DNA of 64,000 bases from an uncultured delta proteobacterium (GCA_963832395.1 CAWHTV010000002.1:556343-620342), one strand, 5' to 3'. Shown: positions 1-12,493, counted from the stretch's first letter. Notes: generated from the letters alone by a model not told the origin. Made by a program: numbers and translations.

Positions 1-696
1 GATGGTTGCGATGCCAGTTCTCGCCCTGGCAAAACTGCATCAGGCCAAGCCAGGTCACGTTGCGGCTGGAATCCTCGCCAGGGGAAACCCCGGGCTCCGT
101 ATGGCAAACGCTGTTGACGAAGCATTGCGCATGGAGCGCAAACACCAGCCGAATCGCCCCCATCCAGAAAAAAGCCGCAGGCGCCGAAATACAGGCCGCC
201 GAAAAATGACACCGCCAGGATCGGTCCCTGCACGTACCACCAGAACCGGTACAGCGGGCGGTCGAGCTCGGGGCAGAAGCGCTCGACCGACGGCTCGCCG
301 GACTGCCAGAGCCATCGCAGATGAGCCCACCAGAAACCGTTGACCGGGCTCGAAATATCGTTCTCGGTATCGGCGAAAGCGTGATGGCGCCGATGGCCGG
401 CGGCCCAGCTCAAGGGCGTTCCGGAGCCATTAAATACCGCGAAGAAGGTCAGTATCGAGGACAGCCACGGATTGAGCCGCAGGGCGCGATGCGCGAGCGC
501 GCGATGATAGCAGACGGTGGTGGCCATCCCGCCCAGCCATACGCAGGCAAAACGAACCCAGAAGCACTCGCCAGCCGGGCAGCGGAAACAGGATCAGGCC
601 GACCAGCGCGGTGACGTGGATCAAGATGAACCACGGCAGCACCAGCGAGTCTTCGCTGCGCGCGCGCCACCATGGCCATTCCCACGGCGGGTCCAC
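1..696 (-). CDS. Membrane fatty-acid/acyl-CoA desaturase (Delta9-type); C-terminus lies outside the window; at least 2 frame breaks
   Basis: Minus-strand ORF 430-696 gives the N-terminus (WFILIHVTALVGLILFPLPGW). Continuing in shifted frames I read the three His boxes CYHRALAHRA, GHRRHHAF and GENWHRNHH (the last at nt ~1-30). The frame changes coincide with A4 at 549-552 and A6 at 168-173. Confidence 0.7.
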
Positions 697-1008
697 CGGC
701 GGCCCTTCGAAGGGCTCGTGCGCTATTCAACTAATTGGCCCGGAAAGTGCGGCGGAAATCGCTGCGGCGAACAATTCGTGTTCCACGCGGTTCGAAGGCC
801 GATGTGATAGACATGGCGCTGCTCTCCCTTGGGCAGTTGGCCGGAGAGCGCGCGAACAAGAAACCAAATGGGGCGAAGAAGGTTAACTGAAAGGCGTTCT
901 GACCGGTGATACGGAGGTTACACGGGTCAGCAGGCCAAGTCTATGACCCTCCCGCTCCATGTGCGTGTCCAATTGGTGATACTGCCTCGCTTCTCGCCCC
1001 GATCCGCG

Positions 1009-1525
1009 CTAAAAATCGCCGCTTTTTATCTTCGCCATGAAATCCTTGCCGCCGGAATCGAGGTAGACGATTTCCATTATCGAACCGATCGCCGCTTCGG
1101 TGTCGAAATAGGTGTAGCGCGTGGTGCCGAACCGCCCGCTCATCAGGGACGAATAGCCGCCGGCGCCGAGCGAATCCAGGGCGCGCTGGTACTGCTGCGG
1201 GGTCGTAAAGGAAAAATCCGAGATGATGGAGGCCTTCGCCCCTGCGTTCCAGATGCTCCTTGTAGCAGGTCTCGCCGGAGAGGTGCTGGATGAGCTCGAT
1301 TTGGGTGTCGCCGGAATAGGCGAGCGCGAGCTTGAAATTTTGCTCCGCCGGCCGGCCGCGGAAGGTCTTGTCGCGAGCCTTAAGCCCGAAGTCCTCGATC
1401 ACGTAGAAACGCGCCACCCCCATCGTGCGGTTGAAAAACTCCATCCCCGCCGTCAGGTCTTTGACCACGAACGCGACCTGCTGCAGGCCGCCGCCGAGAT
1501 AGTGAAGGGGTGAGCGTGCGTCCAT
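1009..1525 (-). CDS. VOC/glyoxalase-fold protein (methylmalonyl-CoA-epimerase-like); 1 frame break
   Basis: ORF 941-1525 starts with LQQVAFVVKDLTAGMEFFNRTMGV...IELIQHL...GLHHLGF. After the A5 run at 1212-1216 the sensible continuation (SFTTPQQYQRALDSLGAGGYSSLMSGRFGTTRYTYFDTEAAIGSIMEIVYLD) is in another frame and stops at 1009-1011. Confidence 0.6.
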
Positions 1526-1702
1526 CGGGCTTTCCTCCCGCGGAGCAGGCTACCACATCAGACGCATGGATACGATGGCTATCGGCCGACGGGTGTCTTC
1601 GCGCGCTCGCCTGGTTAGCGGCTCGCGTCTTGCGTGCTGGATCACACGAGGATTCGATGATTTAACCGAGAGATCAGCGCAAGAGGAGTCGCATCAGCTC
1701 TC

Positions 1703-4700
1703 ATGCTTCCCCGCAGTCTTCTGATCGCCAACCGAGGCGAGATCGCCATCCGCATCATGCGCGCCGCCGCCGAGCTGGGTATCGCGCACGGTGGCCGTCT
1801 TTTCCGAGGACGACGCCCGCTCACTCCATACCCGCAAGGCCGACGAGGCCCGCGCGCTCACCGGCACCGGCGCCGCCGCCTATCTCGACATCGAACAAAT
1901 CGTGGCGATCGCGAAAGCGGCCGGATGCGACGCCATCCATCCCGGCTACGGCTTTCTCAGCGAAAACGCCGGCTTCGCCCGCCGCGCGGCAGAGGAAGGG
2001 ATCAAGTTCGTCGGCCCGCGGCCGGAGGTCCTCGAGCTGTTCGGCGACAAGGTGCGCGCGCGGGCGTTGGCGGAGCGCGTCGGAGTGCCATTGCTGCCCG
2101 GCACCGCGGGTGCGACCAGTCTTGAGCGAGGCCGGGAGTTTCTGGCTTCGCTGGGCGACGGCGGCGCGATGATGATCAAGGCGGTCGCCGGCGGAGGCGG
2201 CCGCGGGATGCGCGCGGTGAGGCGCCTCGACGAACTGGACGAGGCGTATCGGCGATGCCAGTCCGAAGCGCGAACGGCCTTCGGCAACCCCGACGTGTAC
2301 GTGGAGCGGCTGATGCCGCGTGCGCGCCACCTCGAGGTCCAAATAGCCGGCGACGGCTCCGGCAGCGTCAGCCATCTGTGGGAGCGCGAATGCACCATCC
2401 AGCGGCGCAATCAGAAGCTGGTCGAAATCGCGCCCAGCCCCGGCCTGCCCGAGCGCCTGCGCGCCCGGCTCACCGCGGCGGCCGTGCAGATGGCCGAGGC
2501 GGTCCGCTACGACAGCCTCGGCACCTTCGAGTTCCTGCTCGACGCCGACGCGCGGCACGACGACGCCGAGTTCGCCTTCATCGAGGCCAACCCCCGCCTC
2601 CAGGTCGAGCATACGGTGACCGAGGAAGTGACGGGTATCGACCTGGTCAAACTCCAGTTGCAGTTGGCGGGCGGAAGCACGCTCACCGAGCTTGGAGTGC
2701 GCCAGGCCGACATCCCCAAGCCGCGCGGCTTCGCGATCCAGATGCGCATCAACATGGAGTCGATGGGCGCGGACGGCACTACCAAACCCTCAGGCGGGAC
2801 GCTGACCGCGTTCGAGGCGCCGTCGGGGCCCGGGCCTGCGCGTGGATTCGTTCGCCTATGCCGGTTACACGACCAACCCGAACTTCGATTCGCTGCTGGC
2901 CAAGCTCATCGTGCACTCGCCGTCGGCGGATTTCGCCGCGGCCGTGACGCGGGCCTATCGCGCGCTCTGCGAGTTCCGGATCGAAGGCGTCGCAACCAAT
3001 ATCGGATTTCTCCAGAGCCTGCTGCGGCATCCCGATTTCGCCGCGAACCGGCTCTACACCCGCTTCGTCGAGGAGCACATCGCCGAGCTTGGTCGCCGCG
3101 CGCGAATTCCACTCATCGCCAGCTCTTTTTTGCCGAGCCGAGCCAGGCGCGGCCGAATCGTCGCAGACTGCGCCGCGCCGAGCGGCAGGCGCGCGCCGGG
3201 CGCGAGGCAATTGGCCGGAGCCAAAATCGATTCGATCGATCCGCTGGCCGTGCTGAGCCACGGCAAGAGCGCGGCCAATTCGACGCCGGCGGCGACAGTC
3301 GTGACGGCCGAGAACGACGCCGCGACGGCTCACGAAATCACCGGGCCGGAAAACACGGTCGCGGTCGCCGCGCCGATGCAGGGAACGATCGTCTCCATCG
3401 ACGTGCGCGAGGGCGAACTGGTGCGCAAGGGCCAGCAACTCTTCGTGATGGAAGCGATGAAGATGGAGCACGTCATCCGCGCGCATATGAGCGGCGTGGT
3501 GCGGCAGATCGCGGTCGCCGAGCGCGACGCGATCTTCGAGGGCCATCCGCTCGCCTTCATCGAAGAGGCCGAGGTCGAAATCGGTCGAGGCCGCCGAGGC
3601 CGAAAAGGTCGACCTCGACCGCATCCGCCCCGATCTCGCGGAGGTGTACGAGCGCCACGCGAGCGGACTCGACGCCGCGCGGCCCGAGGCCGTCGCGCGC
3701 CGGCGCAAGACCCATCAGCGCACCGCCCGCGAGAACATCGAGGATCTCTGCGACCGCGGCAGCCTTCGTCGAGTACGGCGCGCTGGTGCTTGCGGCGCAG
3801 CGCCGGCGCCGCGCGCTCGACGACCTGATGAAAAACACGCCGGCCGACGGACTGGTCGCCGGAATCGGCCGGGTCAACGGCGATCTCTTCGACGACTCGC
3901 GCGCCCAGTGCGTCGCGATGTCCTACGACTACACCGTGCTCGCCGGCACCCAGGGCCAGCAGAACCATCGCAAGAAGGACCGCATGTTCGAAATCGCCGC
4001 CAAGCTGCGCCTGCCCGTGGTGTTCTTCACCGAGGGCGGCGGCGGGCGTCCCGGCGACACCGACGGGCTGTGGCTCTCCGGTCTCGACGTTCCGGCGTTC
4101 CACTACTGGGGCAAACTGAGCGGCCTGGTGCCGATGGTCGGAATCAACTCGGGCCGATGCTTCGCGGGCAACGCCGCGCTGCTCGGATGCTGCGACGTCG
4201 TCATCGCCACCGCCAACTCCAACATCGGAATGGGCGGTCCGGCGATGGTCGAGGGCGGCGGCCTCGGCATCTTCCGTCCCGAGGACATCGGGCCGATGAG
4301 CGTGCAGGTGCCCAACGGCGTGGTGGACCTCCCGGTCGCCGACGAGGCCGAGGCGGTGCGCGTCGCGAAAAAATATCTCTCGTATTTCCAGGGCCCGGTC
4401 GGCCGTTGGGAATGTGCCGACCAGCGCCTGCTGCGCGGGATCATCCCGGAGAATCGCCTGCGCATCTACGACGTCCGCGCGGTGATCGAAACCCTCGCCG
4501 ACACCGGCTCGGTGCTCGAATTGCGCCGCCACTTCGGGCTCGGGATGGTGACCGCGCTGGTCAGGATCGAGGGGCGCCCGCTCGGCGTGATCGCCAACAA
4601 CCCCACCCATCTGGCCGGCGCGATCGACAGCGACGGCGCCGACAAGGCCGCCCGCTTCATGCAACTGTGCGACGCTTTCGACCTGCCGCTGCTCTTCCTG

Positions 4701-5180
4701 TGCGACACCCCGGGCATCATGGTGGGGCCGGAGATCGAAAAGACCGCGCTGGTGCGCCACGCCGCCCGGATGTTCATCGTGGGCGCCAACATCAGCGTGC
4801 CGTTTTTCACCATCGTCCTGCGCAAGGGCTACGGCCTCGGCGCGCAAGCGATGGCCGGGGGCAGCTTCAAGACCCCGATGTTCACGGTCTCGTGGCCGAC
4901 CGGCGAGTTCGGCGGGATGGGACTGGAGGGCGCGGCCAAGCTCGGCTATCGCAAGGAACTGGAGGCGGTCAACGACCCGGCCGCGCGCAAGAAGCTCTTC
5001 GAAGAGATGGTGGCGCGGATGTACCAGCAGGGCAAGGCGCTCAACAGCGCCTCGCATTTCGAGCTCGACGACGTGATCGACCCGGTCGAATCGCGCCGCT
5101 GGATTCTCACCGGCCTGCGCTCGGCGCCCCCGCCCGCCCCACGCACCGGCAAGAAGCGCCCGCACGTCGATTCCTGGTGA
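1703..5180 (+). CDS. Single-chain biotin-dependent acyl-CoA carboxylase (biotin carboxylase + BCCP + carboxyltransferase); about 4 frame breaks
   Basis: The segments join into one protein. The 1703 frame gives LLIANRGEIAIRIMRAAAELGI. The 1791 frame gives the ATP-grasp BC core. The 2842 frame gives the BC C-domain and the biotinyl domain (EAMKMEH). The 3644 frame then the 1791 frame give the carboxyltransferase (ARENIEDLCDRGSFVEYG, GRVNG, YDYTVLAGTQG, FFTEGGGGRPGD). Breaks lie near 1790, 2830 (G4/C3/G3 runs), 3585 and 3768. Confidence 0.85.
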
Positions 5181-5232
5181 GCGCCGCCGCTGTGCGGCGC
5201 TGGGATGGCCCGCCGCTGGGGCGGGCGCATTT
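5181..5232 (+). terminator. Two GC-rich hairpins after the carboxylase stop; possible terminator
   Basis: The hairpins are GCGCCGC-cgctgt-GCGGCGC (5181-5200) and GCCCGCC-gctgg-GGCGGGC (5208-5226). The second is followed by gcaTTTcgaTT. The U-tract is weak. Confidence 0.35.
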
Positions 5233-5296
5233 CGATTGCCGCCGTGCCGCGACTCGGGTTAAGGTAGCGCCCTAACAACGGTGGAGGTAACCCCCT

Positions 5297-6149
5297 ATGC
5301 ATTGGAAAATTGGCGACGTCAAAGTCACGCTTCTTCGCGAACAGGAACCGCACTGGGCCGGCACCATGATAACGGCCAATGCGACAGTCGATGCGATTAA
5401 GCATGAACGCGAATGGCTTACTCCCTTTATCGACGAGAACGACAAAATTCTCCTCAGCATTCATGCCCTGCTCGTGGAGTCTGAGGGCCGCCGCATCCTG
5501 GTCGACACCTGCGTCGGCAACGACAAGCCGCGTCCGGGCTTTGCGGATTTCAACAACCTGCACACGCCGTTCCTGGCGGACATCGAGAAGGCCGGAGTTT
5601 CGCGCGAATCGATAGACACCGTCATCTGCACGCATCTCCATCTCGATCACGTCGGATGGAATACCATGCTGGTTGGCGAGCAAATGGGTGCCGACCTTTC
5701 CCAAAGCCAAGTACATGATGTGCAACAAGGAATGGGACCACTGGTCGAAATACGACGGCAGCCCCGACTTCCAGAAGCCGATCGAGGACTCGGTGCGTCC
5801 GGTGATCGAGGCGGGACTTGCCGAGTTGGTTGAGCCGGCGCGTAAGCTGACTGGCGAAGTCTGGCTCGAACCCACCCCTGGCCATACTCCCGGCCATACC
5901 AGCGTGCGGATTTCTTCGCGCGGCGAGAACGCGGTGATCACCGGCGACATGATCCATCATCCGATCCAGGTCGCCCATCCGGAATGGGTCTGCGAATTCG
6001 ACACCGACCCGGTGATGGCGTCCGACACGCGCAAGAAATTCGTCGAGCGCTATTGCGATCAGCCGGTGCACGTCATCGGCACGCATTTCGCCGGCCCGAC
6101 CTCGGGCCATATCGTGCGCCGCAGCGGAGGGTTTCGCTTCGAGGCGTAG
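5297..6149 (+). CDS. MBL-fold metallo-hydrolase; 1 frame break near 5680
   Basis: ORF 5297 carries ILVDTCVGND and the THLHLDHVGWN metal motif. ORF 5673 continues with PTPGHTPGHTSV...ITGDMIHHP...HVIGTHF. Confidence 0.75.
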
Positions 6150-6175
6150 ATGCCGCGGCAAAGCGATGAAGTTGG

Positions 6176-6208
6176 AAGCGGCGGGACGTTCGTCCCGCCG
6201 CTTTTTTA
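6176..6208. terminator. Bidirectional rho-independent terminator between convergent genes
   Basis: AAGCGGCGGGAC-gttc-GTCCCGCCGCTT is followed by TTTTTTA. It sits exactly between the stop at 6149 (+) and the stop at 6206 (-). Confidence 0.75.
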
Positions 6209-7168
6209 TTCGGCTCCGTCTTTCACGCGCAAAACGATCTTGCCGCGGAGATGGCCGCGCAACAGGGTCTCATAAGCTTCGCGCGCCCGGCTGAGCGCAA
6301 ACACTTCCGACACGAACGTCCGTAACTGCCCCGCGTCGGTGAGCCTGGCCAACTCGGACAACTCGGCGCGGTTTGGCTCCACGATAAAGAAAATTCCCCG
6401 CGCGCCGGCTCGGACGGCGTCCTGCTCCGGCGGTGGCTCGGCGATCGAGACCAGGTCGCGCCCGGCTTGAGCACGGCCCACGAGCGCTTGAGTGTCTCTC
6501 CACCGACCGTATCGAGCACCAGGTCGACGCCATGCGCGACATCCTCGAAGCGGGCGGTTTCGTAGTCGACAACCTTGTTCGCACCAAGGCTCTGGAGAAA
6601 ATCGCGATGGCGACCCGACGCGACCGCTATCACTTCCGCGCCCTTCGCGCGCGCGAGTTGCACGGCGAAACTGCCGACGCCGCCGGCGGCGCCATGGATC
6701 AGCACGCGCTTGCCGGCGGTGAGCCCGCCGTGATCGAATAGCGCCTGCCATGCCGTCAGCGCCGAGAGCGGCATCGCGGCCGCCTGCAGATGTCCAATCG
6801 AGCGCGGCTTGGGCGCCAGATCGGCCGCGCGCACCGCTACGAATTCGGCAGCCGCGCCGTCACGCGAGAAATCCGTGAGGCCGTATACCGCCTCGCCCTG
6901 GCTTGAGATCGGAGACGCCCTCGCCAAGCGCGGCGACGACGCCGGACACTTCGTGCGAAGGAATTATCGGCAGGCGGCTTTTACCCGAGTGGTCGGCCCA
7001 GGTCTCTTTCCAGGTAAGCTCGGCCGGCGTCAACGCGGCGGCATACACTTCGACCAGCGCATCGCCGCTCGCCAGCCGGGGCCGCGGCGCCCGCTCGTAA
7101 ACCATACCCTCGGGCCCGCCAACCTCATGAATCCGGATCGCATTCATGTAGTCCGCCGCGCTCGCCAT
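6206..7168 (-). CDS. Zn-independent MDR-family NADPH:quinone oxidoreductase; 2 frame breaks
   Basis: Three minus-strand ORFs join (6860-7168, 6223-6927, 6206-6751). They read MNAIRIHEVGGPEGMVYE..., then KRVLIHGAAGGVGSFAVQLAK..., then FFIVEPNRAELSELARLTDAGQLRTFVSEVFALSRAREAYE. Confidence 0.8.
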
Positions 7169-7192
7169 GACAGTGCTTTTCTCGCTGTGGTT

Positions 7193-8101
7193 CTAAGACG
7201 GATTGAAATGCGAGTATTCGTGGAACTCGTAGCGCAGCGGGAATCCATGAGGATTGTCGACGACCTGGTCGAGTTCGAAATCAAGGATACGCTTGGCGCC
7301 GGCCAGCGTCGCCGCGCGCTCCGGGTCCCAGTCGATCGCCGCGCGTCCGGTAAGCTGGAGCGTTCGTCCGCTGTCGAAGCCGATGAAAATCATCCCGACG
7401 TGGGGGTTCACGACGATATTGCCGAGCGTGTTGAACATGTTGTTGCCGGAGTAGTCGGGAATCACGAGGTGGCGGCTGTCGACAATCCGCACGAAGCCGG
7501 GATTACCGCCGCGATGCGAAACGTCGGCGCCGGACTCGGGATGGTCGGTCGCGATGAAGAAGGTGTCGGCGCGCGCGATCCGTTGTTGCTGCTCGGCTGA
7601 AAGTTCCGCCGTTCGCACGATCGCCGCATCATCACCAGGGCTCCATTGCCGCTGACCGGTTGGCGAGCGGGCCTGTATGTAGTGCGGACAATTGCCATAG
7701 ACCTGGGCGTCCCGAATCTCGATTGCGCCCCCCTTTACTATATGACCCTCTCCGTTCAGGCGAAGTCTGCGCCGCGTGGCGAGGTCAGGAACAATCACCG
7801 CCGCATGCGCCGGTGACGCCAGGTTTTCCGCCAGCGGATCGCCGGCGGCGGGAACGGCCGCGATCCTTATCGACTGATAGTTGAGCACCTGGAGGAATCC
7901 CGCGTCACCCGTCAGCACCGAGGCCCACACGGCGCCGCTCCGGTCGACTGTTCCCAGCACCGCCATCCGTTGCGCGGCTACGAAGCCCGCCAGCGAGGGC
8001 AAAATTGCGCCGCTCATTGCCGCCGCCAATTTATCGGCCTGCCGGCGAACCCCTGCCTTCTCCTGTACCGCGATTTCTCCGTCGTGATATTTCATCACCA
8101 A
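7193..8101 (-). CDS. Pyridoxamine-5'-phosphate-oxidase-like FMN-binding split-barrel protein
   Basis: This is an intact 302-aa ORF. The C-terminal half reads [45 protein letters not shown], a pattern I associate with the PNPOx-related split-barrel family. Confidence 0.6.
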   Translation of the reverse strand: MVMKYHDGEIAVQEKAGVRRQADKLAAAMSGAILPSLAGFVAAQRMAVLGTVDRSGAVWASVLTGDAGFLQVLNYQSIRIAAVPAAGDPLAENLASPAHAAVIVPDLATRRRLRLNGEGHIVKGGAIEIRDAQVYGNCPHYIQARSPTGQRQWSPGDDAAIVRTAELSAEQQQRIARADTFFIATDHPESGADVSHRGGNPGFVRIVDSRHLVIPDYSGNNMFNTLGNIVVNPHVGMIFIGFDSGRTLQLTGRAAIDWDPERAATLAGAKRILDFELDQVVDNPHGFPLRYEFHEYSHFNPS

Positions 8102-8126
8102 ACCACCGCCGACGACCGGGCTGGTT

Positions 8127-9705
8127 TCATCCGTGAGTCGGCTTTTTCATGATCACATTCACGTCCGTGGGATTGATCAGGTCCGGCACTTTCCAGCCAT
8201 CCAGATCGTACTCGGCCATGCATCGATCGACGAACCCGGTCAGCTCCTCCGCGCGGCCGGTGGCGATTGCCATCGGCAGGTTCTCGAGCCTGATGTTCTC
8301 GTAGTTGCCGGCGTAGTTGCGCTCGTAAAGCTCGTGGCGCCCGCCGAACTCGGTCCCCATCGCGTCCCACAGGACCTTGAGCAGCTTGACCCGCTCCAGC
8401 GCGTCGTAACCGTTCGAGCCGCGCAGATATTTGTCGAGGTACGGGCGCAGCTCCGGATTCTTGAAATCGGCGGCGTGCGAATTGAGATAGATCAGTCCGC
8501 TCGAAATCGTCTGCTCGGCGATTTCCTTGATCCGCGGATAGGCAGTGGTCGCAAGAAAGCGATACGCCATCCCATACTCGGCCTTGGGCAGGACCGTGCC
8601 GTTCACCCACGGGTCGGGCGTTTTGGCCATCGCGTCGGTCAGCCCCCAGAACACGTTGCGCCACGCCAGCACCTCGCCCGCCTGCACCTGTGCCGAGCGC
8701 AGCTCCTTTGAGCCGATCGCATCGATCGCCTTGAGAATCAGGCCGGCCAGAAAATCGAGCTTCACCGCGAGCCGCGTGCATCCGTGCAGCGTGAAGCGGG
8801 GGATGAAGCCCGAGCGCGGAAAGAAAGTGTTGGCCTTTTCGACGTCGCGGTAGACGAACAGGTTCTCCCACGGCACCAGCACCTTGTCGAGGATGAGGAC
8901 GGCGTCGTTCTCGTCCAGGCGCGAGGAGAGCGGATAGTCGAACGGACTGCCCATCGTCGCCGCCATCAACTCGTACGACGGCCGGCAGATGAGCTTCACG
9001 CCGCGCGTGTCCATCGGGATCATCGCGAAAATCGCGAGTCTCCGGCTTGCCGAGCGGAGTCGGGCCATAGAAGCCGATGAAATTGTAATGGGTCAGCGCC
9101 GAGCCGGTCGCCACGACCTTGGCGCCGCTGACGATCACGCCGGCGTCGGTTTCTTTCTCGACGTGCACGAAGACGTCGGTCACTTCGTCGGGCGATTTGC
9201 TGCGGTCGGTGGGCGGATTGACCAGCGCGTGGTTGAGGAACAGGCATTTTTCCTGCGCCTCGCGATACCATCGGAGCGCGTTTTCCTGGTAGGGCGCGTA
9301 GAACTCGGCATTGGCTCCCAGCGTGCCGGTGAGGCTCGCCTTGTAGTCGGGCGATCGTCCGAGCCAGCCATACGAGACTTTCGCCCACTCGGCGATCGCG
9401 TCGCGCGCACCCACCAGATCGTCGGCAGTGCGCGGGACCTTGTAGAACTTGTGCGTGAAGCCGCCGTTGCCGGTATCGGTGGGCGCGGTGAGAATCGGGC
9501 TCCTTTGCGGATCGTGCAGCGCGTCATACATCCGCGCCAGCATCCGCGCCGTGTTGCGGAAGGCCGGATGCGCGGTCACGTCCTTGACGCGCTCGCCGTA
9601 AATCCAGACCTCGCGCGAATCGCGGATGCTCTCCAGGAATTGCTTGCCGGTGAACGGCCGCTCGGATCGGCGTTCACTTCCCGTCTCGGGTGCCTCGCGT
9701 TTCAT
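8127..9705 (-). CDS. HpaB-family 4-hydroxyphenylacetate 3-monooxygenase oxygenase component; 1 frame break near 9040
   Basis: Translation starts at ATG 9705 (MKREAPE...[32 protein letters not shown]). The C-terminal 313-aa ORF 8127-9068 continues the same family (ICRPSYE...[20 protein letters not shown]...). Confidence 0.8.
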
Positions 9706-9895
9706 CCGGAACCTCCGTTGCACGCTCGAATCGCTGGGGCAGGCCGCTCGCCGACGGGCCACGCGCCATGACGCCAGATAGCGCAAATTTGCGGCGCGAG
9801 AAGCGCCGCGCAGCAGGCGAGCGACGCTTGTTGACGCCGCCGCCGCCTGCGATCTTAGTGGCGGGCGCGATCCCGCCCAAGCGAGGAGTCGAGTT

Positions 9896-10582
9896 ATGCC
9901 GCCGTCATCGAAGTCTCCAAGCCCGGTTGTGTTCCTGCTCGACGTCGACAACACGCTGCTCGACAACGACCGCGTGTCCGACGATCTGCGGCGCCATCTC
10001 ACGCGCGAGGTCGGCGCCGATCCCCAGGAGCGCTACTGGGCGATCTTCGAGGAGCTGCGAAAGGAACTCGGCTACGCCGACTACCTCGGCGCGCTGCAGC
10101 GCTACCGCGTCGAGCATCCGCACGACACCCATCTGTTCGAGGTCTCCTCGTACCTGGTCGACTATCCGTTCGCCAACCGGCTCTATCCCGGCTCGCTCGA
10201 CGCAATCGAGCATCTCGCCGCCTTCGGCCCGACGGTCATCCTGTCCGACGGCGACGTGGTGTTCCAGCCGCGCAAGGTCAACCGCTCGGGACTGTTCGAG
10301 GCGGTCGAGGGACGCGTGCTGATTTACATCCACAAGGAGCAGGAACTCGAGGACGTCGAGCGCCGCTATCCGGCAACGCATTACGTGCTGGTCGACGACA
10401 AGGTCCGAATCCTGGCGGCGGTCAAAAAGGCCTGGGGCAAGCGCGTGACCACGGTCTTCCCGCGCCAGGGGCACTATGCGCACGCCGCCGACGTGGCGAG
10501 CTATCCGCCGCCCGACATCACCGTCGAGCGCGTCGGCGACCTCGTCGGCTACGACCTGCCGGCGCTGCTCGGCACCCGATAA
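9896..10582 (+). CDS. HAD-superfamily hydrolase
   Basis: The ORF is intact. The N-terminal motif is [15 protein letters not shown] (the DxDxT nucleophile motif). Confidence 0.65.
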   Translation: MPPSSKSPSPVVFLLDVDNTLLDNDRVSDDLRRHLTREVGADPQERYWAIFEELRKELGYADYLGALQRYRVEHPHDTHLFEVSSYLVDYPFANRLYPGSLDAIEHLAAFGPTVILSDGDVVFQPRKVNRSGLFEAVEGRVLIYIHKEQELEDVERRYPATHYVLVDDKVRILAAVKKAWGKRVTTVFPRQGHYAHAADVASYPPPDITVERVGDLVGYDLPALLGTR

Positions 10583-10641
10583 GCGCTGGGTCGTGAAGCG
10601 GGTGGCGAGATCGCTCGCGACGGCGTCGCGCGCGCGCGGCT

Positions 10642-11821
10642 CTAGCGTCCGGCCGCCGCCTTAGGCTCCGCGTTGCGCACGCCGATCGCGCCGCTTGCGT
10701 GCAGCTGCTCCAGCTCGGAGGCGCTGAGGCCCCACTCCCGCAGCGCCTTCCTCGGTATGCTCTCCGGGACGCGCCGGCGGACGCTGAATTTTGCTCGGCG
10801 TGCGGCTGAAGCGCGGCGCCGGGGCGGGCTGCACCACGCCGTCGACCTCGACGAAGGTCCCGCGATGGCGGTTATGCGGATGCTGCGGCGCCTCAATCAT
10901 GGTCAGGACCGGCGCGAAGCAGATCTCGCTGCCCTCCATGATCGCGCACCATTCGTCGCGGGTCTTGGTCTTGAACAGCGCCTTGAGCCGCTCCTGGAAC
11001 GCGGGCCATTGCGTGCGATCGTTCTGGCGCGGCAGCTTCTCGCCCTCCAGCCCGGTCAGCCGCAGCAGTTCGGCGTAGAACTTGCCCTCGATCGAACCGA
11101 TCGAGACGTACTTGCCGTCGCTGGTCTCGTAGACGTTGTAATAGTGCGCGCCGGTGTCGAGGATGTTTTCGCCGCGGTTGTCGTTCCACACGCCCGCGCC
11201 GCGCAAGCCGTAGATCCCGGCCATCAGCGACGACGCGCCGTCGATCATCGCGACGTCGATCACCTGGCCCTTGCCCGACTTCTGCGCCTCGAGCAATCCC
11301 GCCACCACTCCCAGCGCGAGGTACACGCCGCCGCCGCCGAAATCGCCGACCAGGTTGAGCGGCGGCACCGGCGCCTCGCCGCGCCGTCCGATCGAATGAA
11401 GCGCGCCGGTGAGCGCGATGTAGTTGATGTCGTGGCCGGCCGCGAGCGCGAGCGGTCCGTCCTGTCCCCAGCCGGTCATCCGCCCGTAGACCAGCTTCGG
11501 ATTGCGCGCCTGGCAGACGTCCGGACCAAGCCCGAGACGTTCCATCACGCCCGGGCGGAATCCTTCGATCAGCGCGTCGGCCCGCTCGATCAGCTTGAGC
11601 GCGAGTTCGGTGCCCTCGCGGCGTTTGAGATCGATCGCCACCGAGCGGCGGCCGCGGTTGAGCAGGTTATATTTCGTCTCGGTGTTGATTCCGAGGTTCG
11701 CGTCCTCGGCGCGGTCCAGGCGCAGCACCTCGGCTCCCATGTCCGAGAGCAGCATCGCGCACATCGGTGCGGGGCCGATACCCGCGAATTCAACAATTTT
11801 GTAGCCGGACAAAACTCCCAT
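10642..11821 (-). CDS. Family III CoA-transferase (CaiB/BaiF; alpha-methylacyl-CoA racemase-like); 1 frame break near 10760
   Basis: It reads [32 protein letters not shown]...[27 protein letters not shown]. The C-terminal tail resumes in the frame of ORF 10642-10896 ([19 protein letters not shown]). Confidence 0.8.
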
Positions 11822-11870
11822 GGCGGACGCCTCCTGCGTGTTTAACTGGTACTCAAGTGCGCTCGTGTTT

Positions 11871-12251
11871 TCAGCTCTGGAACAGCGGGACCTTGGTCTT
11901 GGCGTAAGTCAGCTTCTGCACCAGCTTGTCGCCCTTGAAGTGCATCAGGTCGAGCCCGCGCCACGAGACCGGCTCGCCCTTGATGCTCAGCGTGCAGCGC
12001 CAACTCGCCATCACCTTGCCCGCCTCGGGGTCGACGAACATATCTTCGTCGATGAACTTCATCTCGCCGAAAGCGCCGTTGAATTGCGGCTCGAAGGCGG
12101 CGCGGACCGCCGCCTTGCCCACGTTGCGCCGGCCGTTGAACTCGTCGTAGACGCCGTCGTCGGCGAAGAACGCCATCACGGCGTCCAGATCGTTGCGATT
12201 GAACGCCTCGACAAAGCGATTAGTGAGATCCAGCAGATGAGCGCGATCCAT
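11871..12251 (-). CDS. SnoaL-like / NTF2-fold protein
   Basis: I placed the start at the internal ATG 12251, which is preceded by AGGAG. The sequence reads [30 protein letters not shown]. Confidence 0.6.
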   Translation of the reverse strand: MDRAHLLDLTNRFVEAFNRNDLDAVMAFFADDGVYDEFNGRRNVGKAAVRAAFEPQFNGAFGEMKFIDEDMFVDPEAGKVMASWRCTLSIKGEPVSWRGLDLMHFKGDKLVQKLTYAKTKVPLFQS

Positions 12252-12460
12252 AGACGGATCTCCTTTTTCAAATCTCGGCAGCCTGGCGCCAAAAGATTGC
12301 AACTCGCAGACATAGGACATAGGCACGAAGGAAAAAGGCCGCGCAATTGCGGCGATCCGACTCACGGATCGAGAACGACGTTGCACGAAGTTTGTTTGAT
12401 CCACGCCTTCCGGTGCAGATCCGGATGAGAGATGGCCAAGCTTGACGGCCTATCGCTATA

Positions 12461-12493
12461 GGCAGAGCGGAGCGCATGGCGCTCCGCTCTGCC
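12461..12493. repeat. Perfect 15-bp inverted repeat (hairpin) with no U-tract
   Basis: The repeat is GGCAGAGCGGAGCGC-atg-GCGCTCCGCTCTGCC. It lies at the edge of a low-GC region with no ORF. Confidence 0.8.

Noticed and set aside
780-800. GGTTCGAAGG looks like a tRNA T-arm.
   Set aside because: There is no acceptor, D-arm or anticodon-arm context. I found no tRNA-like cloverleaf in any intergenic region.
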